From assembly GCA_963754875.1 (NCBI GenBank), contig CAVWHO010000005.1, positions 68,167 to 132,166 of the forward strand: a stretch of DNA of 64,000 nt. The letters are read 5' to 3'. Made by a program: the position numbers and the translations under genes. Position 1 is the first letter of the stretch. Each line of letters starts with the position of its first letter. Origin of the DNA: Nitrospirota bacterium. GTDB lineage: Bacteria > Nitrospirota > UBA9217. A model generated the notes under the pieces. It saw only the letters and a list, made by a program, of their open reading frames with translations. It was not told the origin of the DNA and did no database searches. Below, in pieces: positions 1 through 9,736 of this stretch.

Positions 1-674
1 GCGTTGTCCATTACCCTGCCGCCGAAGGCGATGATGTTCCCCGCTATATCGCTGATCGGGAACATAATCCTTCCCCGGAACCGGTCGTAATGACCTTCTC
101 CTTCGCTCCGCTTTACGACGAGCCCGGCTTTTTCCATCTGGCCGGAGGTGTAGCCCTTTTGCTTGAGATGCCGGAGGAGGCCGTCCCATTCAGGCCGGGC
201 AAAGCCGAGGCCGAAGGCCTGAATAACGGCGGCACTGACTCCCCGCTTCGCCAGGTATGCCCGGGCCTGGGTTCCCGCCGGCCCTTCCAGTTCCTTCCGG
301 TAATACTGTGCAGCTTCGTCGACGATCGCGAGGAGCGCCGCGCGCTCATCAGCAGATTTTTTGTCCTCCTGCCGCGACCTGCTGTCCGCGGGCAGCGCGA
401 TCCCGGAGCGTTCCGCCAGCTTCCTGACCGCTTCGGGAAAGTTCAGTCCGTCCTGCAGTTCGACGAACTTGAACACGTCGCCGCCGGTGCCGCACCCGAA
501 GCAATGGAAAATCTGCTTGTCCGGGTTGACCGTGAACGACGGGGTCTTCTCGCTGTGAAAAGGACAGAGCCCCGTATGGTTCTTGCCCGTCTTCTTCAGG
601 GACACATATCCGGAAATGAGATCAACGATGTCGACGCTGTCCCTGACCCGGCTTATGAGATCATCGGAGAACAC
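1..674 (-). CDS. dnaG: DNA primase (5' part; runs off window start)
   Basis: Not in the ORF track; manual translation from GTG at 674 gives MFSDDLISRVRDSVDIVDLISGYVSLKKTGKNHTGLCPFHSEKTPSFTVNPDKQIFHCFGCG (CHC2 zinc finger) and, in frame, YDRFRGRIMFPI..G.IIAFGGR. Confidence 0.95.
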   Translation of the reverse strand, partial: MFSDDLISRVRDSVDIVDLISGYVSLKKTGKNHTGLCPFHSEKTPSFTVNPDKQIFHCFGCGTGGDVFKFVELQDGLNFPEAVRKLAERSGIALPADSRSRQEDKKSADERAALLAIVDEAAQYYRKELEGPAGTQARAYLAKRGVSAAVIQAFGLGFARPEWDGLLRHLKQKGYTSGQMEKAGLVVKRSEGEGHYDRFRGRIMFPISDIAGNIIAFGGRVMDN

Positions 675-675
675 G

Positions 676-3042
676 TTATTTTTTCAGCTCCGCCACCGTT
701 ATGCCTGCGCCGCCTTCAGCCGGCTCTCCGGGCCGGATGGACGAGACGAGCGGATGGTTCTTCAGAAATTCCGTAACCGCGGCTTTGAGCGCACCCGTTC
801 CCAGCCCGTGGATCACGGTTACGATCGAGAAGTGGCTGAGCCCTGCCCGATCGATAAAGCGGTCGACCTCGGCCAGTCCCTCTTCCACGCGGAGACCGAT
901 GATGTTCAACCGGTCCGAAGCGTCTTCTTCCTCGTGAAGTTCCGTGCCCCATCCGGAAACAGCCGCACCTGGACGCTGCCCCACGAGAGGCTCTGCTGGC
1001 GCCACCTCTGTTGCCTGGAGCCTGATCTTTTTTCCGGATACCTCAAGCTCGACCGTGTCCCGGTTCAGAGCAAGAACGGTCCCCGTCTTGTTCAGCCTCG
1101 TTATCCTCACCCTGTCGCCGGCGTTAATGTTTTTGACGAATGCGGGGCTTGCCGGCTGCGGCTCGATACCAGGCTCAAGCTTCCTGTTGAGCGCCTCGAT
1201 TTCCGCGCTCACCTTTTTGGCTTCTGCCTGTTCAATGATCGCCCTGCGGGAAAGCTCGCGAAGCCTCTGCCTGAGCGAGGACAGCACCTCTCGCGCTTCC
1301 AGCCGTGCCTGGGTTCGCAGGTTCCGAACTTCTTCCCTCGCTGCCTGGAGCCGGGAAGCCGCTTCGTTGCGGTCGTTCAATGCTGTTGATCGGTCTTGTT
1401 CAAGTGCTTGCCGCTCGATGTCGAGCCGGCGGGATTCATCCTCTACGTGCTTGAGCAGGTCCTCAAGCCGGGTGTCGTCCTCGCCGAGCCTCGCGCGTGC
1501 GCGGTCGATTACTTCCGAGGGGACGCCGAGCCTCGCTGCCATGTCCAGTCCGTAGCTCCTGCCGGGCCGTCCCGGGATGAGACGGTACGTGGGCTTGAGC
1601 GTCTGCGGGTCGAACTCCATGGCTGCATTCACGGCGCCGCTCGTCTCAGAACCGAAGAGCTTGAGAGCATTGTGGTGCGTCGTCACGAGGGAGATGCTGC
1701 CCCGCTCCATCAGACTTTCGAGCACCGCCGCGCCGAGGCCCGCTCCCTCGCCCGGCTCGGTACCTGATCCCAGTTCGTCGAGCAGAACCAGGGAATCCTT
1801 GTCCGCCTTTTGCAAAATGCCGGCGATCTGGCTCACATGGGAGGAGAAGGTGCTCAGGTCCTGTTCAATGCTTTGTTCATCGCCGATGTCGGCAAACATT
1901 GAACCGAAGCACGGAAGCTCGCTCCCCTCGGCAGCGGTAATGGGCAGCCCGGACTGCGCCATGAGGCTTAAGAGCCCCACGGTTTTCAGGATCACGGTTT
2001 TCCCGCCCGCATTCGGACCGCTGATAACCAGCGCCCGATCGCGGTCGCTGAGCATGATGTCATTCGGTTTCACAGCGCTGCCGCCCGTGAACTTCTGCTT
2101 CCACGTGAGCAACGGATGCCGGGCACTGCGAAGCCGCATGCTTCGTTCGCGGGTCAGCAGGGGAATGGCGCCGTTATAGTCCTTCCCGAACCGTGCCCGG
2201 GCGTAAACGCCATCGATCTCGGCGAGGGCCTCGATCGTTTCCTCGATCGTGCCGGCTTCCTGTGACAAAAGACCGGTCAGTTCCCGCAGAATGCGCTCTA
2301 CCTCGTCGCGCTCCTCCATGCGGAGCTCGGCAAGCCGGTTGTTCTGTTCCAGCACGTCGAGGGGCTCCACAAAGAGCGTCGCCCGCGAGCCGGACTGGCC
2401 GTGCACGACGCCTTTGATGCTCTGCCGGAAACCGGGTTTGAGCGGAAGCACGTACCGGTCGTCACGGATCGTGACCACCGGCTCCTGAATGATCTTCTGA
2501 AAACCGCTGTCCTGGAGGATTCCCGACATGCGGGAAAGGACCTCGTCCCGCGTCCGCGCCAGCAGCTTGCGGATCTTGCGGAGAGCGGGGCTGGCAGCGT
2601 CCTTGACATCCGCCCGCTCGTCTATTGCCGCGAAAACCGCGTCCTCGATATGCTTCAGCGGCCGGATCCTGTCGGCTTTCGCCGTAAGGAGCGGCGATGC
2701 ACTTTTTCCTTCGATCCTCTGAAAAAACTGCTTAACCCTTCGTGCGGCGCCCAGTGTCGCTGCCGTATTCAGCAGCTCGGCCGGAACGAGCGTACTTCCG
2801 CGTGCGCCGAGTTTTGCAACCGCTGGCCCGATAGCAAGAATGCCGTCCAAAGGCGGGTTCTCACCGCGCTCCAGGATCCGGAGAAATTCATTCGTTTCCC
2901 TGAGGCGCTCTTCGGCAATTGAGCGCTCTTCTGCCGGCAGCATGTTGAGTACCGCTTGTTTCCCGACTTCCGAAGCTGCATATCCGGCAACAATGTTTAC
3001 AATTTTGTCAAATTCAAGGACCCGCAGGGTATGTTCATTCAT
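676..3042 (-). CDS. mutS2: Endonuclease MutS2
   Basis: LRVLEFDKI N-terminus, Walker A SGPNAGGKT, DIGDEQSIEQDLSTFSSH, LLDELGSGT, C-terminal Smr domain (VIHGLGTGAL...GGAGIT). Confidence 0.97.
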   Translation of the reverse strand: MNEHTLRVLEFDKIVNIVAGYAASEVGKQAVLNMLPAEERSIAEERLRETNEFLRILERGENPPLDGILAIGPAVAKLGARGSTLVPAELLNTAATLGAARRVKQFFQRIEGKSASPLLTAKADRIRPLKHIEDAVFAAIDERADVKDAASPALRKIRKLLARTRDEVLSRMSGILQDSGFQKIIQEPVVTIRDDRYVLPLKPGFRQSIKGVVHGQSGSRATLFVEPLDVLEQNNRLAELRMEERDEVERILRELTGLLSQEAGTIEETIEALAEIDGVYARARFGKDYNGAIPLLTRERSMRLRSARHPLLTWKQKFTGGSAVKPNDIMLSDRDRALVISGPNAGGKTVILKTVGLLSLMAQSGLPITAAEGSELPCFGSMFADIGDEQSIEQDLSTFSSHVSQIAGILQKADKDSLVLLDELGSGTEPGEGAGLGAAVLESLMERGSISLVTTHHNALKLFGSETSGAVNAAMEFDPQTLKPTYRLIPGRPGRSYGLDMAARLGVPSEVIDRARARLGEDDTRLEDLLKHVEDESRRLDIERQALEQDRSTALNDRNEAASRLQAAREEVRNLRTQARLEAREVLSSLRQRLRELSRRAIIEQAEAKKVSAEIEALNRKLEPGIEPQPASPAFVKNINAGDRVRITRLNKTGTVLALNRDTVELEVSGKKIRLQATEVAPAEPLVGQRPGAAVSGWGTELHEEEDASDRLNIIGLRVEEGLAEVDRFIDRAGLSHFSIVTVIHGLGTGALKAAVTEFLKNHPLVSSIRPGEPAEGGAGITVAELKK

Positions 3043-3190
3043 AGATCACACCGCAGGCTGCTCATTCATTCGGCCCGCTTCTGGCCAGGGCCTGAGCACG
3101 CTGTCCTCTGCAGACGTTCCCGGAGTTCATTGATGGATTGTTGATACAGGTTGATTACTTGGGGGATCAAATAAAAACTCCTAAAAAAAT

Positions 3191-3219
3191 CAGGGGGCCT
3201 CGGTCTTGATGGCCCCCTG
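3191..3219 (-). terminator. Probable intrinsic terminator after yqeY
   Basis: CAGGGGGCC...GGCCCCCTG stem followed by a T-run on the minus strand. Confidence 0.6.
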
Positions 3220-3267
3220 CGTCCGGCTTAATTAAAAAATACCATGCCTTTTACCTGACAGAGTTCG

Positions 3268-3711
3268 TTATCCCAGTGCATTTTTTACCAGCTCGCTGAC
3301 CAGTTTTCCGTCGGCGCGCCCGCCCACCATGGGAATGAGCGCTTTCATGACCTTGCCCATGTCCTTTGCGCCTTGCGCTCCGGTCTGGGAAATGGCGTCC
3401 CGAACCATTACTTCAAGTTCTTCCCGCGCCAGCTGTTTCGGCAGGTACACTTCGAGCACTGCGATTTCAGCAGTCTCCTTGTCAACGAGATCCTGCCTGT
3501 TGCCTTTGGTAAATTGCTCGATCGAATCCCGGCGCTGTTTGATAAGCGTCCGCGTGGTTTCGAGCACTTCTTCTTCGGTCAGCGGCCGCCTCTTGTCGAT
3601 CTGCTTATTTTTCAGCGCGGCGTTTAGCATGCGCAGAGTAGAAACTTTGTCTTTCGCGCCGGACTTGAGGGCATCCTTTGTATCCGCTTCGATTTTCGAA
3701 CGTAATTCCAT
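3268..3711 (-). CDS. GatB/YqeY domain protein
   Basis: MELRSKIEADTKDALKSGAKDKVSTLRML...KQRRDSIEQF...KDMGKVM...GRADGK; usual position after rpsU; start moved to ATG 3711. Confidence 0.93.
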   Translation of the reverse strand: MELRSKIEADTKDALKSGAKDKVSTLRMLNAALKNKQIDKRRPLTEEEVLETTRTLIKQRRDSIEQFTKGNRQDLVDKETAEIAVLEVYLPKQLAREELEVMVRDAISQTGAQGAKDMGKVMKALIPMVGGRADGKLVSELVKNALG

Positions 3712-3776
3712 TCCGCCCCTCTCATCAGCCAAAAACGTCCGAATGGCACAATACCCGAACCGTGCCACACCGGTGT

Positions 3777-3977
3777 TTAGTTATGCCTGGATAGGCGAGC
3801 TGTCTTAGCCGCTTTCTTTCGAGCAGCCAATGCTTTTTTCTTGCGCTTAACACTGGGCTTCTCGTAATGCTCCCTCTTTTTGACCTCGGAAAGCACGCCT
3901 TCTTTTTCAATGCTTTTTTTAAATCTCCGAAGTGCGGCCTCAAAGGGCTCATTCTCCCTTAACCGTATACTTGGCAC
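3777..3977 (-). CDS. rpsU: 30S ribosomal protein S21
   Basis: [14 protein letters not shown]...[21 protein letters not shown] start at 3977 after a GGAGG-like RBS. Confidence 0.96.
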   Translation of the reverse strand: MPSIRLRENEPFEAALRRFKKSIEKEGVLSEVKKREHYEKPSVKRKKKALAARKKAAKTARLSRHN

Positions 3978-4220
3978 TCTCGCTACACCCCCCCTCCAGA
4001 TGCAACACATTGTAATATATAAGTAATTATTGATTTAATGCGTTCGAAAAACGCTCTTAACGGTATAAATAACGATACCGCTCCTTCTTGATCTTGAGAA
4101 GCGGCATAATCATTAAAATTAACGAGTTTATTGGTGAAAGTCAAGGGAAATTATTGTCACTTTTTCAGTCAGTTTCAGAGCAAAACCATATGAGCACAAA
4201 CTACCACTCCCTTACCATGG

Positions 4221-5426
4221 TCAACTCCGGTAGGCGGCATTGATCTTGACATATTCATAGGACATGTCGCATGTCCAGACCGTGGCATTCCCCTTGCCCT
4301 TGTGCAGATCAATGCTGATCTGGATATCCCGCTGTTTAAGAGCGAGCGCTGCTTCGCGCTCGGCTGCCTTGCCCTGGCCCAGGCCTTTTTCGACGATTTT
4401 TGCCTTGCCGATCGAAATGTCCGTCCTTGCCTCGTCCATATCTACGCCTGCATACCCCAGGGCTGCCATGATTCTTCCCCAGTTTGCATCTTCTCCGAAG
4501 AGCGCGGTTTTTACGAGGCTTGACTTGGCAACGGTCGAAGCTGCACGTTTGGCTTCGACCGGGTTTTTCGCGTTCCGCACTTCGATCTCCACGAACTTCG
4601 TCGCACCTTCTCCGTCGCGCACAACCTGTTTGGCAAGCGACAAAGTGATCGTGTCGAGGCATGCCTGAAACTTTTTGAATTCTTTGGTTCCGGGGGCGAT
4701 TCTCTTGTTTCCCGCAGCGCCGTTCGCCATGCACAGAATTGTATCGTTCGTGCTGGTCTCGCCGTCCACCGTGATATTATTAAAAGATCGCTCGGTCGAA
4801 GCGAGCAATGCTTTCTTGAACAGCGGGGCGGCTATGGCCGCATCGGTCACGATAAAACAGAGCATCGTCGCCATGTCCGGGTGAATCATCCCCGATCCCT
4901 TGGCAATGCCCCCGACCGTAATCGTCTTGCCGCCGATCTCTTCCTGGACAATGGACAGTTTTGGATACATGTCCGTGGTCATGATCGCCTCTGCCGCCTG
5001 CTCCCAACCGGTCGCAGAGAGGAGTCCTGCCGCAGTCGATATGCCCATCGATAGTTTCGGCACCGGCAGGAACTCTCCGATGACCCCGGTTGAGGCCACG
5101 TACACGGCGTCCGGTTTGAGGCCGAACGTACGAGCGGCCACTTCAGCCGTTGCGCGTGCGTCTGCAAGACCGCGTTTCCCGGTGCAGGCGTTGGCACAGC
5201 CGCTGTTTGCAATAATCACCTGCCCCTTGCCGGACTTTATTTTTGCCATATCCAGGAGAACGGGCGCCGCCTTCACGCGGTTTTTTGTAAATACACCGAC
5301 GACCGAGGCCTCGCGATCGGAATGGACGATCGCCAGGTCTTTTTTCTCGTTCTTCTTGATCCCGCACGAGATGCCCCACACCTTGTAGCCAGGAACGGAA
5401 AAACTTTTTGTATCCAGAGTCCTCAT
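4221..5426 (-). CDS. argJ: Bifunctional ornithine acetyltransferase/N-acetylglutamate synthase
   Basis: NSGCANACTG, STGVIG, AKGSGMIHPDMATML, DGETSTND, DGEGATK, DANWGR motifs. Confidence 0.97.
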   Translation of the reverse strand: MRTLDTKSFSVPGYKVWGISCGIKKNEKKDLAIVHSDREASVVGVFTKNRVKAAPVLLDMAKIKSGKGQVIIANSGCANACTGKRGLADARATAEVAARTFGLKPDAVYVASTGVIGEFLPVPKLSMGISTAAGLLSATGWEQAAEAIMTTDMYPKLSIVQEEIGGKTITVGGIAKGSGMIHPDMATMLCFIVTDAAIAAPLFKKALLASTERSFNNITVDGETSTNDTILCMANGAAGNKRIAPGTKEFKKFQACLDTITLSLAKQVVRDGEGATKFVEIEVRNAKNPVEAKRAASTVAKSSLVKTALFGEDANWGRIMAALGYAGVDMDEARTDISIGKAKIVEKGLGQGKAAEREAALALKQRDIQISIDLHKGKGNATVWTCDMSYEYVKINAAYRS

Positions 5427-5465
5427 GAGTTTACCCCTGTCAGAACAGTGATTTGGATACTTCTA

Positions 5466-6518
5466 TCACGGGAAAAGCCCCGCGACCTTGATACCTTCCA
5501 TTTCATGAAAGCCCATCATCAGGTTCATATTCTGGATTGCCTGGCCTGATGCTCCTTTCACGAGGTTGTCGATGGCGGAAACCACGACGACCCTGTTGGT
5601 GCGGCGATCTGCATAGACCCCGATGTCGCAGAAATTGGCCCCCCGCACATTCCGCACGTTCGGAAACTCTCCGGGAGCCAGGAGCCGCACAAAAGGTTCA
5701 TCCCGATAGAATTCATGGTAGAGCGCGTGCACCACTCCTGTATCGGCTGCCGTTTTCAACGCCGCATACGTCGTCGTCAGGATCCCGCGGTTCATGGGGA
5801 TAAGATGCGGTGTAAATGAAATCGTCACCGAGTGTCCGGCCAACATCGTCAGTTCCTGTTCGATTTCCGGTGTGTGCCGGTGCGTCCCGATTTTATACGC
5901 CATCAGGCCTTCATTGACCTCCGGGTAATGGTGCGCGAGCGAAGGACTGCGGCCCGCTCCGGAAACTCCCGACTTGGAGTCGATGATCAAGCTCTTGAGA
6001 TCGACGAACCCTTTTTTTATGAGCGGCGCGAGCGCAAGGATCGCGCCGGTGGGATAGCAGCCGGGATTAGCAACGAGCGAAGCCTTCTTGATCTTTTCCC
6101 GGTGCAGTTCGGGCAAGCCATAGACCGCACTCTTGAGGAGATCGGGATACTGATGACAATGCTCGTACCACGTTTCGTAGACTGTTGGATCAGCGAGCCG
6201 GTAGTCGGCGGAAAGATCAACGACCTTTTTCCCGAGTTGATGGAACCTGAACGCTGCCTCTTGGGAAGTTACATGGGGAAGGGCCAGAAACACAAAATCA
6301 GTTTTTTTTGCTATGGCCTCCGGGTCAAGCGGCTCACAAACGAGGTCCGCCAAGCCGGCAAGATGGGGGAAGATGGTCGTGAGTGGTTTTCCGGCTGACT
6401 TCTCGGAGGTGACCGAGGCAACCCGAACGTGGGGGTGATTGAGGAGAAGCCGGTACAGCTCGCCTCCCGTGTACCCGCTCGACCCCACAATCGCTATGTT
6501 AATTTTTTCAGAAACCAT
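5466..6518 (-). CDS. argC: N-acetyl-gamma-glutamyl-phosphate reductase
   Basis: GSSGYTG, DLSADYRL, ANPGCYPT, SGVSGAG, HRHTPEI, IDNLVKGASGQA. Confidence 0.97.
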   Translation of the reverse strand: MVSEKINIAIVGSSGYTGGELYRLLLNHPHVRVASVTSEKSAGKPLTTIFPHLAGLADLVCEPLDPEAIAKKTDFVFLALPHVTSQEAAFRFHQLGKKVVDLSADYRLADPTVYETWYEHCHQYPDLLKSAVYGLPELHREKIKKASLVANPGCYPTGAILALAPLIKKGFVDLKSLIIDSKSGVSGAGRSPSLAHHYPEVNEGLMAYKIGTHRHTPEIEQELTMLAGHSVTISFTPHLIPMNRGILTTTYAALKTAADTGVVHALYHEFYRDEPFVRLLAPGEFPNVRNVRGANFCDIGVYADRRTNRVVVVSAIDNLVKGASGQAIQNMNLMMGFHEMEGIKVAGLFP

Positions 6519-6576
6519 GTCATGATCCCGTTATTGAACTGATCAGGATGCACAAAGCCGGAGCACAATAGAAAAT

Positions 6577-6611
6577 AGAAAAGGGAAGGCATCTCTACCT
6601 TCCCTTTTTCT
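6577..6611 (-). terminator. Intrinsic terminator after rpsI
   Basis: AAAAGGGAAGG-catctcta-CCTTCCCTTTT hairpin with A/T tails. Confidence 0.7.
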
Positions 6612-6642
6612 AAACAGGACCTGCAACGAGGTATATGATCCC

Positions 6643-7044
6643 TTATCTCTTCGAGAACTGGAACCGAGCACGCGCGCCTTTCTGGCCGTATTTCTTACGT
6701 TCTTTTGCCCTCGGGTCGCGGGTCAGGAGCCCCTCCTTGCGCAGTTTGCCGCGAGACTCGGCGTCCACGGCAAGGAGCGCCTTGGATATGCCATGTCTGA
6801 TTGCCCCTGCCTGGCCGGAGTTGCCGCCGCCGAGTACGCTGACGAGAACATCAAATTTATCCACCGTGCCGGTGACCTCGAAGGGCTGACGAATGATCAT
6901 CTTGAGCACGTCCCTGCCGAAGTACTGGTCCATGGATTTCTCGTTTATAGTTACCTTCCCGCTTCCGGGCATCAGCCACACCCTGGCGATGGAGTTTTTG
7001 CGCTTACCCGTTGCGTAATATCTGGATACTGTTGCTGCTGACAT
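6643..7044 (-). CDS. rpsI: 30S ribosomal protein S9
   Basis: [13 protein letters not shown]...[14 protein letters not shown]...[19 protein letters not shown]. Confidence 0.98.
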   Translation of the reverse strand: MSAATVSRYYATGKRKNSIARVWLMPGSGKVTINEKSMDQYFGRDVLKMIIRQPFEVTGTVDKFDVLVSVLGGGNSGQAGAIRHGISKALLAVDAESRGKLRKEGLLTRDPRAKERKKYGQKGARARFQFSKR

Positions 7045-7077
7045 TAAAAATCCTCCTAAACGGATTTGCCTAATTCT

Positions 7078-7506
7078 TTAGAGTTTCATCTCCACGGGCT
7101 GCTGTGCGCTGTGCGGATGTTTTTCTCCGGCATACACTTTGAGCTTGCTCAGCATCTGCTCGCCCAACCGCGTCTTGGGGAGCATCCCCTGTACGGCTTT
7201 CTTAATGACATCCTCTGGCTTGGTCTTGAGCAGTTTGCCTGCGGTAATAGACTTAAGACCGCCGGGATATCCGGAATGGCTGTAGTACGTCTTCTGGTCG
7301 AGTTTTCTGCCGGTCAGATGAATTTTATCGGCATTCACGACGATCACGAAGTCGCCGGTGTCAACGTGTCTCGTGTAAACCGGTTTGGTCTTGCCTTTGA
7401 GCACGGACGCAACTACTGAAGCAAGCCTTCCGAGAGTTTTGCCGTTCGCGTCTACAACGTGCCAACTCCTCTGAATTTCTTCCTTTTTTGCTGAATAAGT
7501 TCCCAT
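7078..7506 (-). CDS. rplM: 50S ribosomal protein L13
   Basis: [16 protein letters not shown]...HVDTGDFV...[12 protein letters not shown]...HPHSAQQP. Confidence 0.98.
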   Translation of the reverse strand: MGTYSAKKEEIQRSWHVVDANGKTLGRLASVVASVLKGKTKPVYTRHVDTGDFVIVVNADKIHLTGRKLDQKTYYSHSGYPGGLKSITAGKLLKTKPEDVIKKAVQGMLPKTRLGEQMLSKLKVYAGEKHPHSAQQPVEMKL

Positions 7507-7780
7507 TATGCCCGCCTCACTGCTGTGTTATTTTTTATCAAGAATAGCGAATATAAACAATTTAGTCTGTTTTGTCAAGCCTTTTATAAAAAATTCATAG
7601 ACAAAATTCATAATCAAGAGCACTGACGGGAAAGCATCAGATTCCATGGAAAAATCGCTATGATAGGGGGCAATAGACCCATGACTTTACTTTTTTAAAT
7701 GGGTGCGGTTTTCCACTTGTAATGTTAGGGTTTGTAACCATCTTAACAAAAATTTTTCATTGTGATCCCCTAAAAATAAA

Positions 7781-7806
7781 AAAAGGCGGTGTTTCCACCG
7801 CCTTTG
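7781..7806 (-). terminator. Intrinsic terminator after the small membrane protein pair
   Basis: AAAGGCGGTG-tttc-CACCGCCTTT hairpin with T-run on the minus strand. Confidence 0.7.
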
Positions 7807-7857
7807 CGTCACTCATTCACATCACAGCATTGAACGTTTCCTTGATTGTTTCATCAC

Positions 7858-8190
7858 TTATGCTTTTTCAACATATGCTTTCTGAGCATCCCCTTGTCTG
7901 TTACGGAGTGTAGCTGGGGCAGAGATCACGAAGCCCAGTGCTGTGCCGATAAGACCGCCGACCACGATGCTTACGGCAGCAGCGCAGGAGATTCCCACCA
8001 CGATACCCATAACCACTGCTGCTCGAACAAAAAGCGTCGGTTCAACCGTGCCGCCCATCAGTTTTTGGAGCAGGATCAGGGTACCATAGCTCCCAAAATA
8101 GAACCCCGGCATGATTCCGAACACTACGAACACCAGCCCTCCGACTGTTGCTCCGATCTTCATACCTGCCTTTACGGTTTCATTCTTCAT
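7858..8190 (-). CDS. Small Gly-rich membrane protein, paralog of upstream neighbour
   Basis: 110 aa, mostly hydrophobic; IGATVGGLVFVVFGIMPGFYFG aligns with neighbour; GGAG RBS. Confidence 0.8.
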   Translation of the reverse strand: MKNETVKAGMKIGATVGGLVFVVFGIMPGFYFGSYGTLILLQKLMGGTVEPTLFVRAAVVMGIVVGISCAAAVSIVVGGLIGTALGFVISAPATLRNRQGDAQKAYVEKA

Positions 8191-8192
8191 GG

Positions 8193-8528
8193 CTATCTCC
8201 TTTCCTCTGCCTTAGATAAGTTTTTTCCCTCTCCTACTTCCTTTGCATGCACTCCCGATTCAAGGACCTTGCCGACGAACCAGCCGACCGTGGACGATGC
8301 GGTCACGATAACAATGCCTGCGACCAAGACTCCGGTCAGCATGGCTGCCAGGACAATCATTCTGGATATGAGGCCTGGTTGGAGTGGAAGCCCGAAGAGC
8401 CAGCCGGCTATATTGATACCTGCCGCGCCTCCCAAGAGGCTCCCTGGCAGAAGCCCAAATAATGCGAACAATACTAAACCAGCGCCTGCACCGATGTATG
8501 CTGTTCTTCTTGCAATAGTGGTCTTCAT
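8193..8528 (-). CDS. Small Gly-rich membrane protein
   Basis: Start MKTTIARR at 8528 with AAGGAGG RBS; IGAGAGLVLFALFGLLPGSLLGG; hydrophobic segments. Confidence 0.8.
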   Translation of the reverse strand: MKTTIARRTAYIGAGAGLVLFALFGLLPGSLLGGAAGINIAGWLFGLPLQPGLISRMIVLAAMLTGVLVAGIVIVTASSTVGWFVGKVLESGVHAKEVGEGKNLSKAEERR

Positions 8529-8568
8529 GGTAGTTTCCTCCTTTGCGTTCAGTCTTGCTTTTATAAAT

Positions 8569-8584
8569 TGCATCAAACATGCCA
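8569..8584 (-). promoter_or_regulatory. Sigma54 (-24/-12) promoter
   Basis: Minus strand TGGCATGTTTGATGCA: GG-N10-GC spacing, close to TGGCAC-N5-TTGCA, ~40 nt upstream of the ATG. Confidence 0.65.
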
Positions 8585-8790
8585 GGACATAACTACCTGA
8601 TTTCATGAGATCAACAGCAAAAAAATTTTTGCAAGCCTGAGAAAACTTCATGAACTCTGTAATAAAAATGCGAAAAAATCCTGCATGAATCTGTTATTCG
8701 TAAAAAGCTGCGAGAGACAAAATTTTCCTTGAAATGCGCTTATATATATGGTAATTTAAGGGTCGCCTTTTTAGGAAGGCAATCTCTTAT

Positions 8791-8874
8791 TCCACACGCA
8801 CCGGGACTTTTAGCAGGGTGCCCCGTTATAGCAACAGGGTCTGCGGAAGGACGATCGGTGCGGCGGTAAAAACC
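8791..8874 (+). ncRNA. rpsB 5' leader (S2 autoregulatory / t44-like RNA)
   Basis: CACACGCACCG...GCAGGGTGCCC...GGGTCTGC...CGGTGCGG...AACC nested stems with GGGT motifs like the E. coli rpsB leader; directly upstream of rpsB. Confidence 0.7.
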
Positions 8875-8889
8875 AGAAGGAGGGACATC

Positions 8890-9687
8890 ATGTCCACGAT
8901 TACCATGAAGGAGCTGTTGGAAGCAGGCGTACATTTCGGCCACCAGGCGAAGCGGTGGAACCCCAAGATGAAGAAGTACATCTTTGGAGAGCGGAACGGG
9001 ATCTACATCATCGATCTCCAGAAGACGCTGAAGCTGTTCAAGGAATCATACGATTTCGTCCGCAAGTCCGCGTCTGAAGGAAAGGACATCCTTTTTGTCG
9101 GCACCAAGAAACAGGCCCAGGACGCCATTACCGAAGAGGCCAAGCGATGCGGCATGTACTATGTATCGAACCGCTGGCTCGGCGGCATGCTCACGAACTT
9201 CAACACGGTCAAGAAGAGCATCGACAGACTGAAAAAGATCGAAAAAATGAAAGAGGACGGCACCTACGACAAGCTTACGAAAAAAGAAGTGGCCGGCCTC
9301 GAAAAAGAACGGACGAAACTCGAAAAAATTCTTTCCGGCATTAAGTCCATGACTCAGCCGCCGTCTATGATTTTCATCATCGACCCCCGCAAGGAAACCA
9401 TTGCGGTCCAGGAAGCAAACAAGCTGAACATTCCCGTGGTAGCGGTCGTTGATACGAACTGCGACCCCGACAACATCGATTACGTCATCCCCGGCAATGA
9501 CGATGCTATCCGCGCTATCCGGCTTATGGCATCAAAGGTCGCCGATGCCGTCATCGAGGGCCGACAGGCCATTGTAAAGGAACAGGGCGAAGCCATGGAA
9601 GCAGCAAAGGCGGCCGGCGAAGTAGCGACCGCAATCGAGCCGGCAGCAGAAGCAGCCGATGCTGATGTCGAAGACGACACGGTTTAA
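8890..9687 (+). CDS. rpsB: 30S ribosomal protein S2
   Basis: [19 protein letters not shown]...RWLGGMLTN...DTNCDPD...[10 protein letters not shown]. Confidence 0.98.
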   Translation: MSTITMKELLEAGVHFGHQAKRWNPKMKKYIFGERNGIYIIDLQKTLKLFKESYDFVRKSASEGKDILFVGTKKQAQDAITEEAKRCGMYYVSNRWLGGMLTNFNTVKKSIDRLKKIEKMKEDGTYDKLTKKEVAGLEKERTKLEKILSGIKSMTQPPSMIFIIDPRKETIAVQEANKLNIPVVAVVDTNCDPDNIDYVIPGNDDAIRAIRLMASKVADAVIEGRQAIVKEQGEAMEAAKAAGEVATAIEPAAEAADADVEDDTV

Positions 9688-9736
9688 TTGGCGGGGGCTC
9701 GAGGGCAGTAAGAAAAGACAAGGGGGTTTCCAAGAA

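Noticed and set aside
90..1389. Plus-strand ORFs 90-776 and 583-1389
   Set aside because: Antisense to dnaG and mutS2, which have clear family motifs.
7732..7749. Rex-like box TTGTAACCATCTTAACAA upstream of rplM
   Set aside because: Three mismatches to consensus in an AT-rich spacer, far from a plausible target promoter; not supportable.
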